Shown here piece by piece: positions 62,202-64,000 of a stretch of DNA of 64,000 nt; within the stretch, counting starts at the first letter, position 1, and each line of letters begins with the position of its first letter. Source of the DNA: Bacteriovoracaceae bacterium (GTDB taxonomy: Bacteria; Bdellovibrionota; Bacteriovoracia; Bacteriovoracales; Bacteriovoracaceae); the NCBI GenBank assembly GCA_048270185.1, contig JBLWTJ010000004.1, positions 100,605 to 164,604 on the forward strand, read 5' to 3'. Below the pieces are notes generated by a model that worked only from the letters and a program-made list of their open reading frames with translations, searched no databases and had not been told where the DNA came from. The position numbers and the translations under genes are program-made.

Positions 62202-62975
62202 ATGAAAAAAATAATACTAAAACTTGATAGAATATTAAACACAAGCCTTGCAATTTCTCCAATTCAAATAATTTTGAGAATAGTCAATATTCCGTTATTT
62301 ATTAAAAATCTTATTAGCTATTCATTGAATAATAATACCAAACAATTTAAAATTTCATTTACTAGTCTGTACCCTATTTTATCAGACAGAACTATGCAAG
62401 CAGGGTCGACAAAAGGACATTATTTCCTTCAAGACCTGTATTATGCTCAATTACTATATAATGAAAAACCAAATAAACACTATGATGTTGGTTCGAGAGT
62501 TGATGGCTTTGTATCAAATGTAGCAAGCTTTAGAGAAATTAACTTTATAGATATCAGACCACTAGATGTAGATATAAAGAATATTAACTTTATACAAGGA
62601 TCGATTACAGAACTTCCTTTTCAAGATAATTCCCTTGAAAGTGTTTCTTCTCTACACGTTATAGAACATATAGGTCTAGGGCGATACGGTGATCCACTAA
62701 ACCCTAACGGTTATCTAGATGCTGCAAAAGAGCTATCACGTGTACTAGCAAAAGGTGGAAAATTATATTTGAGTACTCCATGTGGAAAAGAACAATTATA
62801 CTTTGATGCTCATCGTGTATTTGACCCTAAAACTATCGTGAATGCATTCTCTGAACTAACGCTGAAGTCATACTCATTAATTGATGACAATGGTTCTAAA
62901 ATAATTCAAGACAACGATTTTTCTATAACAAATAATTGTGAATTTGGATGTGGGCTTTTCATATTTCAAAAGTAA
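62202..62975 (+). CDS. DUF268-like SAM-dependent methyltransferase
   Basis: Motifs HYFLQDL, DVGSRVDGFV, SLHVIEHIGLGRYGDP, FDAHRVF. Confidence 0.8.
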   Translation: MKKIILKLDRILNTSLAISPIQIILRIVNIPLFIKNLISYSLNNNTKQFKISFTSLYPILSDRTMQAGSTKGHYFLQDLYYAQLLYNEKPNKHYDVGSRVDGFVSNVASFREINFIDIRPLDVDIKNINFIQGSITELPFQDNSLESVSSLHVIEHIGLGRYGDPLNPNGYLDAAKELSRVLAKGGKLYLSTPCGKEQLYFDAHRVFDPKTIVNAFSELTLKSYSLIDDNGSKIIQDNDFSITNNCEFGCGLFIFQK

Positions 62976-62996
62976 TTGTTTTATATGATTAAATTT

Positions 62997-63701
62997 CTAG
63001 CCATGTAATTTAATCTTATATAAAAATATCTTATAGTTAGTTTTTACAATCCACCACGGCTCCAGACACACAAATGGCGCACCAGGCGGAGACCAAACTC
63101 CAAGTAGCTCACTATCATAAGCCATTGTAAGATCACACCCAAGCATAACCTGATTAAGCTCATAATCATTTATAAATACATATGCGTCATCTTCAAATGT
63201 CTTTTTATCAACAGTAAATACTTCACTACTGAGTTGGTAAGTTTTGTTACGATCGATAACGCCGTCTTTCAACTTGTAACATTCCTTGTTTTTAAGCCTT
63301 ATCTCAATTGGCAGCTCATCAATATTAAAAGCTGGATGGCCACCAATCATAAAAGGGAAATCAGCAAAGACTTTGTATTCAATTTCTAATGAGGCATCAA
63401 AGATTCTATAGACAACTTGAAGCTCATTAGCTAACTCAAAAATAAGTTCATGCTCTGACTTTTTTAAGAGCTTAAACTCACTATCACGAGCATAGCCGTG
63501 TTTAATAATATCATTGTCTTTAATATACTCATTTGTTTCATAACCAATTCGCGGAAATAAATGAGGAGCGGATCTTCCCCACCATCTAGGATCGGCCTGC
63601 CAGAGGTATTCTTTATTCTTTGTTTTTGAAAAGAGACTTTTGAGTTCAGCACCAAGAGTTGATACTTGAATACGAAGTTGGTTGTTTTCTAAAGTGTACA
63701 T
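62997..63701 (-). CDS. Aldose 1-epimerase family protein (LacX-like)
   Basis: Motifs GAELKS, EYLWQ, APHLFP, HGYAR, GGHPAF, FVCLEPW. Confidence 0.88.
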   Translation of the reverse strand: MYTLENNQLRIQVSTLGAELKSLFSKTKNKEYLWQADPRWWGRSAPHLFPRIGYETNEYIKDNDIIKHGYARDSEFKLLKKSEHELIFELANELQVVYRIFDASLEIEYKVFADFPFMIGGHPAFNIDELPIEIRLKNKECYKLKDGVIDRNKTYQLSSEVFTVDKKTFEDDAYVFINDYELNQVMLGCDLTMAYDSELLGVWSPPGAPFVCLEPWWIVKTNYKIFLYKIKLHG

Positions 63702-63823
63702 TTGGAAATTTTAGCTTATGTGAGATAGAAATTCTATCTGCAAAGCACCCTCCCTCCCTCGCATCGTGCTCGGTCGTACAGGGTTGTTCGGCTTCATTTA
63801 GCATATTACTAAATGCCGCCTTC

Positions 63824-63850
63824 AAAAAAAAAGGCTCCCAAAAGGAGCCT
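63824..63850 (-). terminator. Intrinsic terminator downstream of atpE
   Basis: The minus strand reads AGGCTCC-TTTTG-GGAGCCT followed by a run of T. Confidence 0.9.
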
Positions 63851-63879
63851 CTCATTAAAATCAAATTTTGATTTTCGAA

Positions 63880-63999
63880 TTAACCAGCAAGGAATACTGA
63901 GATAAGTACGAAAATTACAAGTGATTCCATAAGTGCAAGACCAAGGATCATTGGTGTTTGAATCTTGTCAGCAGCAGATGGGTGTCTTGCGATAGCTTC
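63880..63999 (-). CDS. atpE: ATP synthase F0 subunit c, 3' part (5' end outside the window)
   Basis: Hand translation EAIARHPSAADKIQTPMILGLALMESLVIFVLISVFLAG*, showing the AR(H/N/Q)P loop and the conserved Glu. Confidence 0.93.
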   Translation of the reverse strand, partial: EAIARHPSAADKIQTPMILGLALMESLVIFVLISVFLAG

Positions 64000-64000
64000 T

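Noticed and set aside
63646..63871. Track ORFs 63646..63864 (-) and 63659..63871 (+)
   Set aside because: They span a terminator and hairpins, overlap the epimerase start, and have no protein-like features.
63880..63999. Na+-specific ATP synthase c subunit (ES motif)
   Set aside because: The sequence is ESLVIF rather than ES(T)xxY, and the N-terminal helix carrying the other ligand is outside the window.

Overview
AT-rich bacterial chromosomal segment, most likely from a Bdellovibrionota/Bacteriovoracia-like organism (inferred from gene content and order, not proven). From left to right: (1) a partial gene for a >1000-aa GYF-like/TM/TPR protein that the ORF track missed; (2) a complex I operon encoding only the membrane arm (nuoA-H-J-K-L-M-N), followed 1 bp later by seven coupled, intact, very hydrophobic ORFs that repeat the same A-H-J-K-L-M-N order and look like an extremely diverged second membrane arm lacking the recognisable catalytic motifs (top finding); (3) mfd, a PPIase, a surA-like gene, pdxA, uvrA and a TrmH methyltransferase; (4) ribD-ribE-ribB-ribH; (5) a variable island with a trypsin-like pseudo-protease lipoprotein and HTH genes, plus an intergenic array of palindromic boxes with an exact 40-bp period next to an orphan HigA-like HTH gene; (6) a ~31-kb strand-scrambled surface-glycan locus (two Ppm1-like paralogs, GT-C, eukaryote-type UGPase, L-QuiNAc/L-FucNAc, ManNAc, Fuc4NAc and GDP-fucose pathways, alpha-1,2-fucosyltransferase, GT-D, formyltransferase, Wzx/Wzy, WecA-like); (7) an aldose epimerase and the 3' end of atpE. 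No rRNA, tRNA, transposase or cas genes were seen. All homology calls were made by eye from motifs; no database searches were run.
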